A DNA stretch of 64,000 nucleotides, taken from Eledone cirrhosa. Its lineage: Eukaryota. Both the position numbers and the translations under genes were made by a program. The notes below the pieces were generated by a model, which saw only the letters and a program-made list of their open reading frames with translations, searched no databases and was not told the origin of the DNA. This document shows, piece by piece, positions 42,353 to 57,350 of this stretch (position 1 is its first letter; each line of letters starts with the position of its first letter). Location of the stretch: the NCBI GenBank assembly GCA_964016885.1, contig OZ024740.1:54436001-54500000 (forward strand), written 5' to 3'.

Positions 42353-43067
42353 CGTATTAATCAAACTGAGACTAGAGAAGAAGGGACTAGCAAAAGTTGC
42401 CGCGCTGGCAGCTGAATACAGAAACACGTTGTTGCGAAGGGAAATATTTACAACTATTATCATAACTTACATATATGCATGTTAACACACACACACACAC
42501 ACACACACAAACATACAAACACACACGCAAACGCACACACATACACACACATATATATATATATATATATATTGATAAATAGATGACTCGATTCACTGTT
42601 TCATGTGTCACCAGTTATAATTCACGTATATTTATTTGCTCGTATAGACAGAATTATGTGTGCACAAGTATACACAAACTTCTACACATTTGAAGGAAAC
42701 AGATCTTACAACTACGTAATGTCTATACTGCGCAAATGTTCTATGTGCCCTACAGCCATGCAAGCTTGTAACGGCGCATGCATGTTCTTACGCCACATCT
42801 ACATCTTGTTTCAGATATACTCGGCACGTCTAACGTGCGAACACTAACTATATAACACGGTATGTGTGAATTTGTGTGTGTGTTAATTTAGTTGTGTTTG
42901 GGTGTATGGAATATTTATGTACGTGTATAAACATACATATATATACATGTATTTACATATATATTACATATATATTTATATATATATATATGTGTGTGTG
43001 TGTGTTTATCCTACACTCACACGAATGTACATACATTGATAAGCGCACCCTCATACACACGCACACA

Positions 43068-43113
<46 letters not shown>

Positions 43114-43123
43114 TATATATATT

Positions 43124-43156
<33 letters not shown>

Positions 43157-43833
43157 ATACATGTGTGTGGGTGAGTGTTTATATGTCTCTGATATGAGTG
43201 TGTGTGCAGAGTGGTGGTTTTTCATTCTAATCCCCATTTGCTTCCCAGCATGTGTCAACTAGGTGACAGATTTCAATATGGAACCCAGCCGCCTATATAT
43301 TTTACTTTGGAACAAGCAACTGTGTGTGCGTATTTCTGTGTACATTTGTGAGTGCGGGTGCATGCGATGGGTATGTGACTATGTGTCTAAGTGTGTGTAC
43401 AATAGAAGCCTAACGAAATCAAGGAAGCTCAGACAGTGGGTGGCCCTTGTCAGGGAACAGTGAACGAAGAAATATGGGGAAAAACCTATTGAACACCATT
43501 GCGAGTGTGCTTAATATAGCGCGTATAGATTTTTGGATCCGTTTGTCATTTATTTATTTATGTGTGTATTTAACATTTGGCGTTTTGTGAAAGAAGGGAA
43601 TTTTATATGTTCACCACATTATAGTACTCCCACCATAAGTAATATTTTGTCATTATATTTTTGTATTATTAACATATTTTAGTATTGATGTCACTACTCA
43701 TTTTCTTAATTTTTGCTTGCCTGTTTGTCATAAAAATATTCTTTCTCTCACTCTTTATTTAAGTGTACACGCACACACACACACGCATATAAATATATAG
43801 ATAGTATACGTATATATATATGTGTGTAGTATA

Positions 43834-43896
<63 letters not shown>

Positions 43897-44335
43897 GTAT
43901 ATATATATAAATATATATATATATACATATATACATATACATATATATACGTATATATATACGTATACATATATATACGTATGCATATATATACATATAC
44001 GTATACATATATATACGTATATATATGTATGTCTAGATATATAGATATATACATATATATATATATACATATATATATGTGTGTGTGTGTGTGTAATGAG
44101 TTTGTGTCTGTGTTTTTACATGTGTGGACGTGGAAGAATAGATACGATTAAGGAGTTGTCTGTATGCATATATATATATATGTCGAAACGGCCGGAGCTC
44201 TGACGTTGGGGTCCCGATTCTATACATGCATATATAGATAAATATGGGGGTGTGTATTTATATATATATATATATAAACTCTCATATACAGAAATATATA
44301 TGTATATGTGTGTGTGTACATACATACCTCTCTCC

Positions 44336-44507
<172 letters not shown>

Positions 44508-45012
44508 TTGTTTGTATATATGAGATGTGTAGGTTTTTTTTACACAATGTTCAATATCATATATTTGTTTACGATGAGGTGTACATTATTCTGTGATTAC
44601 TAATTTTCGCATGTGGCATCCTCCTTAGAGATTATTATTGATATATTGGTAAATATTAATTAAAAAATGTACATATATCAATTATTTTAATTTCTTATGT
44701 TGTTGTCATATCACCAGTATGTGTGTGTATGTGTGTGTGTGTGTGTGTGTGTCTGTGTGTGTGTGTTTGTGTGTGAGTGGAGCAGGTATGTTTGCATTTG
44801 TGGGTACCTACATTTCCTTTAATAAATTCAACCAAATACAACATATTATATAACTTTTTCTCACACATTCTCTCTCTATATGTTAATGTATACCGAGTCA
44901 ATTATGCACCCGCCCATCAGTATTATTATATCATATATTACATTATACAATATAATGTTATATTATATTATATTATGCTATATTATATTATGTTATATTA
45001 TATTTTATACCT

Positions 45013-45122
45013 CAAATACCGCCGAGGTTAACTTTGCCTTTCATCCTTACGGGGTCGATAAAATAAAGTACCAGTAATGCACTGGTTAATTGCTGGCCTT
45101 GTGCCTAAAGTAGAAACAATTT
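45013..45122 (+). mobile_element. SINE family A, 5'-truncated
   Basis: CGCCGAGGTTAACTTTGCC...GGCCTTGTGCCTAAAGTAGAAACAAT. Confidence 0.85.
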
Positions 45123-45124
45123 AA

Positions 45125-45280
45125 TTTTATACTATATTATATTATATATCATATTTTATACTATATTATATTTTATAACATATATTATATTATATTATAT
45201 TATATTATATTATATTATATTATATTATATTATATCATATTATATTATATTATATTATATTATATTATATTGCATTATAC
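45125..45280. repeat. (ATATT)n pentanucleotide tract
   Basis: Directly visible. Confidence 0.9.
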
Positions 45281-46039
45281 ACTAGTGTAGGATGTAATAT
45301 TCATTTCTATTATATTATGACGTTTATATTACAATCTAATATAATATAAAATATATCATATATGATATTATCTCTTTTCCCTAAACTTATGTTTTTTATC
45401 CTATTTCGTATACCCTAAAGCAAATCTACACCCATGTGTCCAGAGACCTATTTGTGGGTATTAAAAGTTGGTCAGTTGTATTGTGCAATGTGTCTGTGAA
45501 TAAGAATAAGTGATTCGTCTTCTTAATATTAGTAAATTATTTTTCTACTACAATTCGAAACCGGTATGTAAAATGGCTAATCGTATGCTGACTAATCAAT
45601 ATAAAATGCACACACATACACACAGATATATATATATAATTTGATTATATATTTAATTCTTTTAATTTAAAAATGAAGCCTATGTGTTAATAAGCGAAAG
45701 AATTTTGGCATTGTCTTCATAAAAGATATTGAGAGCGATTGCGACAAACGATGAAAAATAGCATACAAATTCATTCTATTCGAACTGCCTTACTATATAC
45801 ACTATGGTAAATTTACAACTTTTTACTCTTATAGTCTTATTATAGCCGCATAAGCTAAGTATATAACGCATTTCGTCTGATAATGAATTGAAAAACAATT
45901 ATAGGCAGTATATTATATTTTTTTAAATATATATATGCATAGCATGTGCGCGCGCGTGAGTATATATGCATGTATGCATGTGTGTATTATGTGTGTGCAT
46001 ATATATATATAAAGACAGAGAGGAGAGATATGTATATAT

Positions 46040-46074
<35 letters not shown>

Positions 46075-46207
46075 ATATATATATAAATATATATAAATAT
46101 ATATGTAATTAAATATTTTTATAAAGCAATACTGATTCTTTGTTCCCAATTATTATTATTATACACACACACACTCACACACACATATATATATTTATAT
46201 ATATATA

Positions 46208-46284
<77 letters not shown>

Positions 46285-46481
46285 TATTATATATGCATAT
46301 AATATATATGTAATTATGTGCCCGTGCATGGATGAACAATAAATTTAAACGCTATTATCGAAGATCAATAAAATAATTCTCTTATTCGACTCTATTGACT
46401 TTTAGTTGTGTTTTTCAAGTGAGTTAAAGAAATCATAATTACAAGTATTATCACAGTCATCTCACTTATTAATATTATATT

Positions 46482-46692
46482 AGTACCAGTAATACACTGG
46501 TTAATTTACTGGCCTTGTGCCAAATGTAGAAACAATTATATTTAATATTATTACTAGTAAAACATATCTGTGAAAATTCCAAATTAAGTAGCTTTACACT
46601 TCATCGTACCAAATCAAAATGATTAATGAAATAATTATTTCTACTTTTGGCACAAGGCCAGCAGTTAAATCCAGGGCATGACTGGTACTTTA
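46482..46692. mobile_element. Two SINE family A 3' fragments in opposite orientation (46482-46540 plus, 46632-46692 minus)
   Basis: GTACCAGTAATACACTGG..GGCCTTGTGCCAAATGTAGAAAC and the reverse-complement equivalent. Confidence 0.72.
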
Positions 46693-47051
46693 GTGAAATA
46701 ATTATTGACTTCATTCAGATCCTGTGTAAAATATATGAAGATGTTAAGCGCTTTATAAGATAGCATTGGTCAAACAGCTTTACAGTAATTTACTCTGTTC
46801 CTTTCTATTCAAATTCAAATTTTAGCAAGATGATTGTTATTTCCATGTCAAAGACTGTACCAGATAGTAAGGAACATGTTTTATAAAAGAATTCTGTCAT
46901 TTCATTCCATATATTTATTACCCCTCACAGAACGTATAAGTTAGATTAGGATGGTTTGGATGAACATAACCCGGAAAATACTATATCAACATACACCACA
47001 CGCAAACTCAAACACAGGAGGACACAGACACGAACACAAACACACACACAC

Positions 47052-47088
<37 letters not shown>

Positions 47089-47107
47089 CACATAGACACA
47101 TATAGAC

Positions 47108-47179
<72 letters not shown>

Positions 47180-47540
47180 GTATATATATAAATTATATCA
47201 ATAGATCGATGAAAGAAAATCCTACGTAGTGATTTGCTTTCATCAATATAGATTCGGATTTAGAATTGCGTGAACTTCAATTTCGGCCTTCATCATAACT
47301 AACTAGACTACACGATCTAAAATTGTATATCATAGTAGGGCCAAACCTAAAGAAGAAGAAGAAGAAGAAGAAGAAGAAGAAGAACGTATATATTATTTCC
47401 TATATCTGATCTGAATATGGGAATTTTACACATAATTTTATTTATGCTATGTGAAATGTATGTTGAATATCAATAAACCTCGCTTTCCTTGCTAACTCCT
47501 GTGTGCACACATGCATGTATGAATGGTTTATGCGCCTGCA

Positions 47541-47617
47541 CAGGGTGCGGCAGAAAAAGCTTCCATATTTTACACTGTCAACACTTAAAATATGGAATAT
47601 ATTTTTGCTACATCCTG
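47541..47617. mobile_element. 77 bp Tc1/mariner-type mini-MITE
   Basis: CAGGGTGCGGCAGAAAAAGCTTCCATATTTTA and TAAAATATGGAATATATTTTTGCTACATCCTG are imperfect TIRs making up most of the element; TA on the right. Confidence 0.65.
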
Positions 47618-47743
47618 TAGGTATAAATGCCTATATCCGTCGATCTGTCTATCCATCTATCTCTGTATATATATATTTATACATATACACACACACACAC
47701 ACACCGACACACACGTATATATATATATTTATGTGTGTGTGTG

Positions 47744-47783
<40 letters not shown>

Positions 47784-47786
<3 letters not shown>

Positions 47787-47843
47787 GCTATTTCAGTCCT
47801 GAAATACCCGTCGAAACGGCTTGAGTTCTGCCGTCGGTGTCAT
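47784..47843 (+). repeat. Family C-related fragment between (TA)n tracts (another at 44182-44222)
   Basis: CGGCTATTTCAG-TC-CTGAAATACCCG hairpin followed by TCGAAACGGCTTGAG. Confidence 0.6.
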
Positions 47844-47873
47844 AAATTTTCCTATATATATATATATATATAT

Positions 47874-48056
<183 letters not shown>

Positions 48057-48197
48057 TTTCTGCTCTGTAATACATCTGATATTTTACATTGAGCTAATTT
48101 TCTTACTGGTAATTGGGTAATACAAAATATTACCTCTTTTATTAATAATTGTATATAGATTATATATATAAGTATATATATATATATATATATATAT

Positions 48198-48254
<57 letters not shown>

Positions 48255-48286
48255 GAGAGAGAGAGCGAGCGAGAAAGAGAGAGAGA

Positions 48287-48454
48287 TACGGGCTGATTAT
48301 AAAATGCTATATCTCATACAATTTGATATTTTAATAGTTCATTTTTTTAATCAATAAATTAAAAGTGTTTCTCTTCTACAAACAGTGATTGTAATTTTCA
48401 GGAACACAATTTTATCTATGTCTTTTTCTGGTTTCAAAGACTTTTTGCTTCCCC

Positions 48455-48490
<36 letters not shown>

Positions 48491-48602
48491 ATTACAACCA
48501 CTTTTTGTAGAAGAGAAAAACTTTAAATTTATTGAGTAAAAAAATGAACTATTAAAATATCAAATTGTATCTGAGATATAGCATTTTATACTCTGCCAGT
48601 AT
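48287..48602. repeat. Inverted repeat with ~110 bp arms (48287-48396 and 48490-48602)
   Basis: TATAAAATGCTATATCTCA..TACAATTTGATATTTTAATAGTTCATTTTTTT and its reverse complement. Confidence 0.85.
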
Positions 48603-48681
48603 TCTCTTTCTCTCTCTCCACTTCTCCCCACCCTTTCTCTCTCTCTCCATACACACACACAGACACACACATACACACACA

Positions 48682-48714
<33 letters not shown>

Positions 48715-48939
48715 AATTAAGAAGTGCGCTACTAGCCGAAGCGCATAACAAAATTATATTTGTATATATACAGAATGGATAACCGAGAGTGCACCGTTGT
48801 GAATATCTAATACATAGCCCTATAAACATGCCAGATATTACGAATTTCCCTGTGAATTAAAAAAAATGATAAACACCTTGAATAAATTTTCGGGCCCAAG
48901 TAGGGCCCATTTATATATATATATATATAGCCATATATT

Positions 48940-50125
48940 TTTGAATAATGGGATTGTTAGATTGAATCATGTTGGTTTGAAATTAGCGAATATAGTAGCT
49001 GCTTTATGCTTATAGGAAATTGACCACTCTATTTTCCTGTTAAGCAGCAATTTGTCGCGAGCAAAGGCCTTCAGAAATGGAATGTCCCACTGCGGACTTC
49101 GCAATATGGTGTGCTCCATATTTTAAAGTACGACAAAATGCTGCTTAACAGCAAAATAGAACGGTCAATTTTCTGTAGGCATAAAGCAGCTACTAAATTC
49201 GCTAATTTCAAACCAATACGATCCGTCCAACAATTCCATTATTCAAACTGAACCACTTTGAGTCTATTATAATAACCCATTATTATTAACTATCAATAGA
49301 TCAACATCATAACCTCCTAAATTTTCTTTCTTCCACTCTTTCTCTAAAACTATTTCACCTCTTCCATTATATCCTATCATGTTCTCTTCAACTCTCACAT
49401 AACTTCCAATTTATTAATTTATCCTTTATTTAGCACTGTACCATTTTTTCAAAATATAATTTAACCAATACATGTGTGTGTGTGTTTAATGTTTTCATGT
49501 TTATACCATCACATCTTTATACTTTGACCACCACCGCCGCCGCCTCAACTGTTTTCGACATTCATATTATGTTCACTTTTTCACTCACACACATATATAT
49601 ATATTTTACTTATATTTTTATCATCTTCATTCTAACTTATTTATTATTATTTATTTAATATTTTTTATGTTTTATGTTTTCTTTTTTCTTTTTCTCTCTT
49701 TTTATTTTTTTATTTTTTCTTCTTTCTTTATTACTGATGTTGTGATTTGAATTTTCCTAGTATATTACAAACGCCGTGTATAATTTTAAACAGTTATTCC
49801 GATTATTTGATTAGGTATACATTGTATTTAAAATTGAGTGGCACAACTTCAAGTGATTAGCAATTTTTAGACACCCTAATCAATGAAACAGTTGTTAATA
49901 CTGTAAATAAAACCCTTTTTGTACTGTTGACCATGTTATTCTTCACTCTTTCACTATTATTACTCCAAGATTAACCTGCATAGGAATTCCCGAGAACTCG
50001 CACACTTGCTACCTAAGGAAACCTCTTGTTGTGTCAAACAACGCCGTACGCTAAAATTATCCACAATACGGAGTACTCACAACCTCTAACTGGATTACCT
50101 ATAACGATAATTTGTTATCCCACAT
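48940..50125 (+). mobile_element. PLE 3' fragment with 5' fold-back (arms 48940-49057 and 49130-49247)
   Basis: Plus strand RAKAFRNGMSHCGL...MLLNSKIERSIFCRHK resembles the C-terminal C..C..LLN.R.E...CRH motif of a GIY-YIG PLE lineage. The right boundary is uncertain. Confidence 0.6.
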
Positions 50126-50303
50126 ATATATATATATATTTATATATAGAGAGATAGATAGAGATAGAAAGAGAGAGAGAGGTAGAACACTGGAAGGTAA
50201 TATCCGTAGTGGTAGAGCCCATTACCAGTCCGACCTTTCGATCCGCTTAAGGTGAAACAATTGTTCTCAGTATGGTGAACATACTGTTGTGTTACTACTT
50301 CTA

Positions 50304-50382
<79 letters not shown>

Positions 50383-52008
50383 GCGTCATTGTGTCAGTTT
50401 GTGTGTGTATTGTGAACTATATACTGCTACATGCTGAAAGAATTAAGACTCTTGCTATACTAAATTCCGAATATGAAATGTCTTCGTACCACATCAGATG
50501 ACAATTACTATCGGTGTACTCAATAAATAAGAGCTAAACATAGCAAGGAAAATATTTTCAGAGACGATGGGATGACTACGTTTCAAATTTCAAATTTTGC
50601 CAATGCCTCCGAAATCAACCGGAAGTTTACACCTCTTGATGTTGGCTTATTAGCATATCCCTTCTCAAAGACAGAAAATTATTGGCCTAGGATACTTTAA
50701 CGTAATCGCTAACGTCCATGCACGTCGCTGCTCACAATCATGTCTGACTTGTTAGCATTCATAATATTTTTGCTAAGTGTTTTATGAGCCCAATATCATG
50801 CAGGTCTCGTTAGCTGTCGGCCCACCCTCCTTTGATCAATGCGGAGAATCCAGGAAATGTACGCTGATAGGAGAGAAGTTTGTACAACTATTGGGTTGAT
50901 ATTTGCTTTATCGAACCTGAAAGGACAAAATGCACAGTGAAACATGCCGGAATTTGAGTTCACTAGGCAAAGACAAGGATAACAATTCCAACTTCCTCTA
51001 AAACTACCAATATATATATGTGTGTGTATATATGTATATATATATGCCATATATTACGCTTGTTCTACAATAATATATAGCTTGAACAGTGTTTCTCTTA
51101 ATACAGATTAACCTTTCTATTTAATTAGATATAGAAACTAAATGGGATATATAATAGAGAATTGCTATAGAATAAAAGGTATTCTCATTAATATTGAAAT
51201 CATTAATAATAATATAAATTCAATTACATGTCTATTAAATATGGACAAATAGAATCTCGTGACTTCACGTAATTCATAACTAAAAAAAACATTTACAGTC
51301 ATTTGTGAGAGTCGTTAAAATTTCAGATAGAATACTTTGGTATATTACTTACCACTGTGTTTAGCCATATTTAAAGTCCCAGTGAGGCCGATAAATGAAG
51401 TCGCAGTCCATTACTAGTGTTAGTTCTTATCTTATCTACCGTTCTCACTTTCCAGCCCTTCCTATATTCAGTGCGGACACGCCTGTGTTCAAATTTTGTT
51501 CAATATTAGTTTTACGATTGTGGCAAAAGAGAGAGGAAAGTAAGGAGTAAAAGGGTACTAGAAAGATCTGGCTGAGCTCTCATGTCTACTACAATCATTT
51601 TCTGTTGACCACATGATATCATGATTGGTTGACCCCCATATAAGGATCCAGAATATTATACCCAGGAAGTGAGCAAGCTGCTAGCTTCATCATCTTGTAG
51701 AATAGAAAGAAGTACAACATATGGTAGTGGCCGCACCATACCTGACAAGTTGATGAATATTACATTAGTGAGATGCCCCTTACAATGCAGTATTATAAAT
51801 GTTAGCTTCGGTTGTGGTTGTCTTCAATACACCGGCTGAACGACTATTATTCCAATAAACTCACCGACGAAATCAGATAAGTTTATATATAATATTATCA
51901 TTGTTTGTATATATTGCGTATATCGAAACAAAATATATGCTCTTCACTTTTCATGGGCGAACTAGCAACACAAAATAATTGCTCGTAAATGGCACATATA
52001 TATATATA

Positions 52009-52140
52009 TAACGAAGAAAATGTGGTAAGGAACCAGATGGACCATAACGCACCAAAGTACTCAATACTTAGGGTAGTAGAGTAGGTAATAGGAACGAGTA
52101 GGACCCCGACGGCTGAGCTCAAGCCGTTTCGACGGCTAAT
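52009..52140 (-). mobile_element. Family C repeat, uninverted copy
   Basis: Collinear reverse complement of 35216-35346, abutting (TA)n. Confidence 0.82.
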
Positions 52141-52174
52141 TCTGGACAGCAATTTATTTAAAAGAAACCTAAAT

Positions 52175-52520
52175 TATAGGTTTCTGATTTAGGTACAAGG
52201 CCAGCAATTTGGGGGAGGGGAAGGAAATTCGATCAAATCAACCCCAGTGCGTTACTGGTACTTAATTTTATCGTTCTTCTAATAATTGTTTCTACTTTAG
52301 GCACAAGGCCAGCAATTACCCAGTGCATTACTGGTACTTTATTTTATCGACCCCGTAAGGATGAAAGGCAAAGTCAACCTCGGCGGGATTTGAACTCAGA
52401 TCGTAAATGGACGTAACTATGCTGGAAAGCATGGCGTCCGACCCTCTACCGATACCGCCAATCCATCGATCTTCTAATAATGCAAGGTAAAGATAACCTC
52501 GGTGGTATTTAAATCGGAAT
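52175..52520 (-). mobile_element. Older SINE family A variant interrupted by a young SINE A (52287-52469)
   Basis: The inner copy is flanked by TCTTCTAATAAT on both sides; the outer halves rejoin into a SINE A-like sequence. Confidence 0.82.
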
Positions 52521-52752
52521 TAGCTTGAGCTCATCCGTCGTTCCTATAAATATATATGTATTAGGAATAATAGAACATCAGGAGTAGGCTACATCAACTT
52601 CATGTGGTTATAGACAAACAAGCTTAAACCACTATCTTTGCAAGCACGGGGTCTTATCAACGAGTCTTAACATTCCAAATAACTCTAAACTTGTGCCGTA
52701 GTTTAGCAGCAAAGAGAAAGTTATTTTATGACTGGGGAATCCGATAGCAAGA

Positions 52753-53991
52753 GAGGGTGCGGACGGTATTTGAGGACACATGCATTTTTAGTCATTATTT
52801 TATTTGATTAATTTCTATTGAACTTCTATTTCAGAAAATAACAATGAAGATAACCATGCTTGCTAATGAAAGGTAAAGGTATGTTGTGATAGTGGCTTTG
52901 AAGGCTAAGCTTGGTGATTTAGAAATTTCTCCTTTTCTGAAAGTTGCAAGATCTTTTTCCACAAGATTCAGTGTGAGTTAGAGGAAGAAGATGGAAGCGT
53001 ATTACCTGTATCAAAATGTAAAAAAGATTCCAAACGCTCTGATACTATCAGGACGCCTGAATTTATTCAGGAAGTTAAGCAAAACATTGATGACAATCCA
53101 GGAAAATCAATGAGGTCAATCGCAAAATATTGTGGGGCGTCAGAAAAAAACAATCAGAAATGTTGTACATGACGACATCAGATACAAATCTTACGTGATG
53201 AGGAGAGGTCAATTCATGTCAGAAAAAACAAAAGAAAACCGTTTAGTCAGATCCAAAAGACTTTTGAACAAACTTAAAAATCCATCAGAAGATGGTGTGA
53301 TTTGGTTTTTCTCAGATGAGAAAAATTTTGACAAGGACCAGAAAACTGACAGAAGAAATGACAGGTGGCTATGTGCATCCTGAGGTTCCAAGAGTATTGC
53401 GCACAACATTTCCTGCAAGTGTCATGGTTTTGGGTGTTGGTAGCAATGAAGGACATGTGATCCTCCTCACTTTTTCCCACAAGGCCTTAGGGTGAATGCT
53501 GCTGCGTATATTGGGGATATGGATAAAGTTGTTAAGCCTTGGATCAACAGTGTATGCAATGGAAGGCCTTATGTCTTTCAACAAGATTCTGCACCACCAC
53601 ACAAGGCTCAAATGACACAAGAATGGATGGCCGTAAAATTGCATGATCACATCACCCCCAACATTTGGCCTCCTAATTCTCCAGATCTCTATCTATTGGA
53701 CTACTATGTATGGAGCATCGTTGAGAAAAATGTCAATGAACAACCCCATAGCACCAAAGATTTTGTGAAAGCCACAATAGTTCGAGTCTGTCAGATATGA
53801 ACAAGTACCACCAAATCCGAGCTTGTAAACGATTTCAACCACAGTTAGTTATTGATGCTTATGGTGGTTTTTATTGAATGAAATTATTAAATTGATAATT
53901 TAGCTGTATGTTTATGTTATCTTTATAAAAAAACAGTTTTTTTCTGTTATTATATAAGTGTTTTTTTAGACCATAAATCTGTCCTCATCTG
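52753..53991 (+). mobile_element. Tc1/mariner superfamily transposon, DD37D (maT) family, defective
   Basis: WFFSDEKNF; FQQD then exactly 37 residues to the D in WPPNSPDLYLLDYY; decayed TIRs AGGGTGCGGACGG and CTGTCCTCATCTG-TA; frameshifts and stops. Confidence 0.88.
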
Positions 53992-54409
53992 TATAATCAT
54001 TTACAGAAATTATACAGCGTTGCCTTCATACGCCACTCTGTCGCTCTAAGGTATGTCTTTGAGCCACTAAAAGAATTGGACCAGTATTTAATACAGTTAG
54101 CAAATATGAAAAACTAATATTGCTTTAGGAGCGTAGTACAAAGAAACAGGAATCAGTTGCTTGTTACTGTAATAGTAAATATAGAACGTCATACGCTGTA
54201 GTAAAAAGCGCAGAAAACCTCACTCTAGCAGACCTATCATATTATTGAGGATGTGGAATTGGAATACATATGAACATCCGAATGAAAACCAAAATAGGCA
54301 TCATATACAGGTAAAAAGCGAGAATATTTATACATATATGGCATCATTATTTCCATCAACTACTCACCTCCATCTCTCTCGCCCTGTCCATCTCTTACTA
54401 TTATGAGCA

Positions 54410-54950
54410 AATGGGGTCCCACGCGCTAGCCACCCGACGGCCTCGGCGGATAGAATAGAGAAGGCGTTTCCCCGGTAAGGTAGATGCGCTGGAAGAGCCA
54501 TTCCATCTCTCGAGGCTCACACACTAGCCACAGGGCCAAGGATACCAGAAATCTTCACTACTAGGGGCTCGACTACAAACCTGTCGGAGAGCGACCGATG
54601 CATGGAGAGATTACCCTCCTCAGCCCGAAGTGTAGCAGAGCCTGGGTTAGTCGCAGACTGCACCAGGTTGCCTCCAGGTGGAGAGTGAACGTGTCTACGG
54701 TGGATTCTCAGCGATATTTGTGTGGCTCGCTGATCCGAAGACCGAGCCTCAGGGAAAGCCCGATGCGCAGGCTATCATTATCCAGCTGCGTGCCAGTAGA
54801 GAAGAAGAATAAGGTATGGAGCCAGGTACCGCTGAGTGGTTGTGCAGCTGCGTGAAAATATGCAAGGACTTTTCCGACGAGCTGGCTTGCTAGCCTGTCC
54901 GAGGTCAGGTTATACTGGATGGTATCCCAAATATTCTGGGGGGACCTGAC
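54410..54950 (-). mobile_element. GC-rich repeat, probably an RTE-type 5' UTR
   Basis: GC-rich island with motifs reminiscent of RTE 5' regions; no coding proof. Confidence 0.35.
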
Positions 54951-56261
54951 GTCAACAGAAGGAGAAGGGGAAGAGACGTCTAATGTAATTCTTTGGCCGT
55001 GTTGAGAACCATGGTACAGACCTATTAGTTTATATACAGCTTGCGTTTATGGGTAGTGCCATACCTATCTCTGTTTCTCAAATATTAACACGAATACGAA
55101 ATCTTTGTTAGTAGTTGATGGCTATAATGTTTGCACAAAAGGATTCTAGTAGTAACCGAAACTGACATCTTATGGAATATGAAATCAGAATAAAAGCTGA
55201 TAGAATAAAATCTTATGTTAAGGTACTATGCACATGGCACTATTTAAACACTTCCTGAAACATAGACACTTAGAGTTTATAAAAAGATTGAAGAAATATG
55301 ACAAAAGGTTTGATTGTCTTCACACTTTAAAATTCACAATAGAACATTCGGTATAGGGAGCCAATTTGAATGGTAGAACGTGCTCTGCATCGCAGTGTCC
55401 AGCCTGGCAACAGACATAATGCTGCTAGCCCACCTTGTTCGGGTTGATAATTTAGATATTTGTTAATGTATCCTAAAAAGATACTCCCATGCAGTAATTT
55501 AAAGATGATGGTAGAAAACCACTCGCTTAACAAGCAAGCATTAAATGTACGAAATGACTTGCTACTTATTGCCAAATACCAGTTACGTTAGAAAAATATA
55601 TTTGCTGCTTGGACCAAGTGTTTTGCAATCTTAGGGATGGCATAGTGAAGTGAGATGCTAACAAAAGAATATGTTGATGAAAGAAGAGTTTCATTATTTT
55701 TCAGTGGAACCATTGATAAACAGTGGGAAAAAGACCGAGCACAGATAATATGAAATAAAATATTTAGCTTGTCTACACATTGATTGATTTTTTTTAAAAT
55801 TTAACTATGATTGTTCCGTTCCTTTTCAGAATGTCATATATATTTACACACACTAGTAAACTAAGATAGAATACAATAATCAAAACACAGTCACCCAAAC
55901 GCGAACACACACATCAAACACTATACACACACGCAAACGCATGCGCAGAGAAGACAAAAATAAATAAATAAATAAAAATGGCGTAGACATACAATACAAC
56001 AGGAGGAACATAATAGTACCACTGATAATGTTGCAGATGTGCAACGAAAGAAATTTGTTAGACTATATATATGTGTTTATATCTGTATTTTTGACCGTTA
56101 GTCAGTCAATGATAAACATTCAGGACCAAATGAATTAACTATGGAAATATAAAAGATACAGAAGCGAAAACCAACCAAACAGTGAGTGTGTTCTGTTATT
56201 ATTTCTGGCAGTATTATTACACAAATATGACCCTCCAAAGTATAACAATATGTTATTTTAA

Positions 56262-56343
<82 letters not shown>

Positions 56344-56344
56344 T

Positions 56345-56885
56345 TGAATGGTTGCCCAAAACATGTATATGTATCTATGACTTTGTCTAGTTTATATGTA
56401 TATACCCTCCCGTATACAGGCGCCAGTCACAAACTTTGTGGCTTGACCACTGGCCACTTAGCCATTTTGAATTCCTTTCTGGCGGGGATCATGGTAGAAA
56501 AATATTTGTCAAATTGAGTTATCTCCTGGTGATTTCCAAGCCTCGTTGATTTATCCAAGATCGGTATATCCAAAAATGGAATGAAACCGCCGTGTGGTAG
56601 AGATATTTTGATGATTTTGGTAAGGATTATGTACATTGTTTCTTCTAACTTTGACTTTGTACCTAATTATGTATAGTTAACTATATGTCTAGTAAATTTC
56701 TACAGGCTAATAGAAATATTTGGTAAATTTTTTGTAGCTATAAGTCGCGGATATTGTTTCTTATTGTTTCTTCATAAGTACATTTTAAACTCATAGCCTC
56801 GTTCAAATGATTGTTTGTGTGGTTGATTTATACTGATTGGGAGGATAAATACTGTATATATTTTATCTAATGATTCTATGGACTT

Positions 56886-56890
<5 letters not shown>
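56345..56890 (-). mobile_element. PLE-derived repeat, paralogous to 25204-25885
   Basis: Direct alignment over about 450 bp; the minus ORF has GFIPFLDIPI, similar to the PLE RT LPFLD motif; (TA)n on both sides. Confidence 0.62.
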
Positions 56891-56921
<31 letters not shown>

Positions 56922-56927
<6 letters not shown>

Positions 56928-57184
56928 CTTGACCGACCAGTCTGTCGGGCGTCCATTCAGTGCCGCTAGTTACAGCACGTCATGCTGTTTTAGCCATAAG
57001 ATAACGCCATCCCACTGGCTGGGCGGGCAGGCCGGTACCTCTTCATCTCATTTCTACAGCTGAGTAAATTGGAGCAACGTGAAATAAAGTGTCTTGCTCA
57101 AGGAAACAATACATCACCCGATCTGAGAAGAATTGAACTCACAACCTTTCGATTGCAAGCCCAATGCTGTAACCACTAAGCCAT
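56922..57184 (-). mobile_element. SINE family B, short form
   Basis: Head, core and 3' extension match 26857-27256 but lack the central V/Meta-like block. Confidence 0.8.
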
Positions 57185-57195
57185 ATATATATATA

Positions 57196-57350
57196 CAATG
57201 ATATTAAATAAATGGAAACTATATTTATAAAACCATATTTATTTTATTATATATATTTCAAGGGCAACCAAGACAACTTTGGTAAGCTTTCATCAGATAA
57301 AATACAAAGTTTGTTTCATACGTACCCATGAAAATCCTACCTTATCGGTT
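57196..57350 (-). mobile_element. Left arm of a PLE fold-back element of the 24627 family
   Basis: Near-identical to 24627-24790; the partner arm and tail are at 63900-64000. Confidence 0.78.
57240..57304 (-). ncRNA. Hammerhead ribozyme (putative)
   Basis: Minus strand TATTTTAT-CTGATGA-AAGCTTACCAAAG(TTGT)CTTGGTTGCCCTT-GAAA-TATATATA-ATAAAATA with an 8 bp stem I. Confidence 0.68.

Noticed and set aside
51370-51870. Possible decayed LINE fragments (also 55330-55760)
   Set aside because: The composition suggests old repeats, but no motif could be read with confidence.
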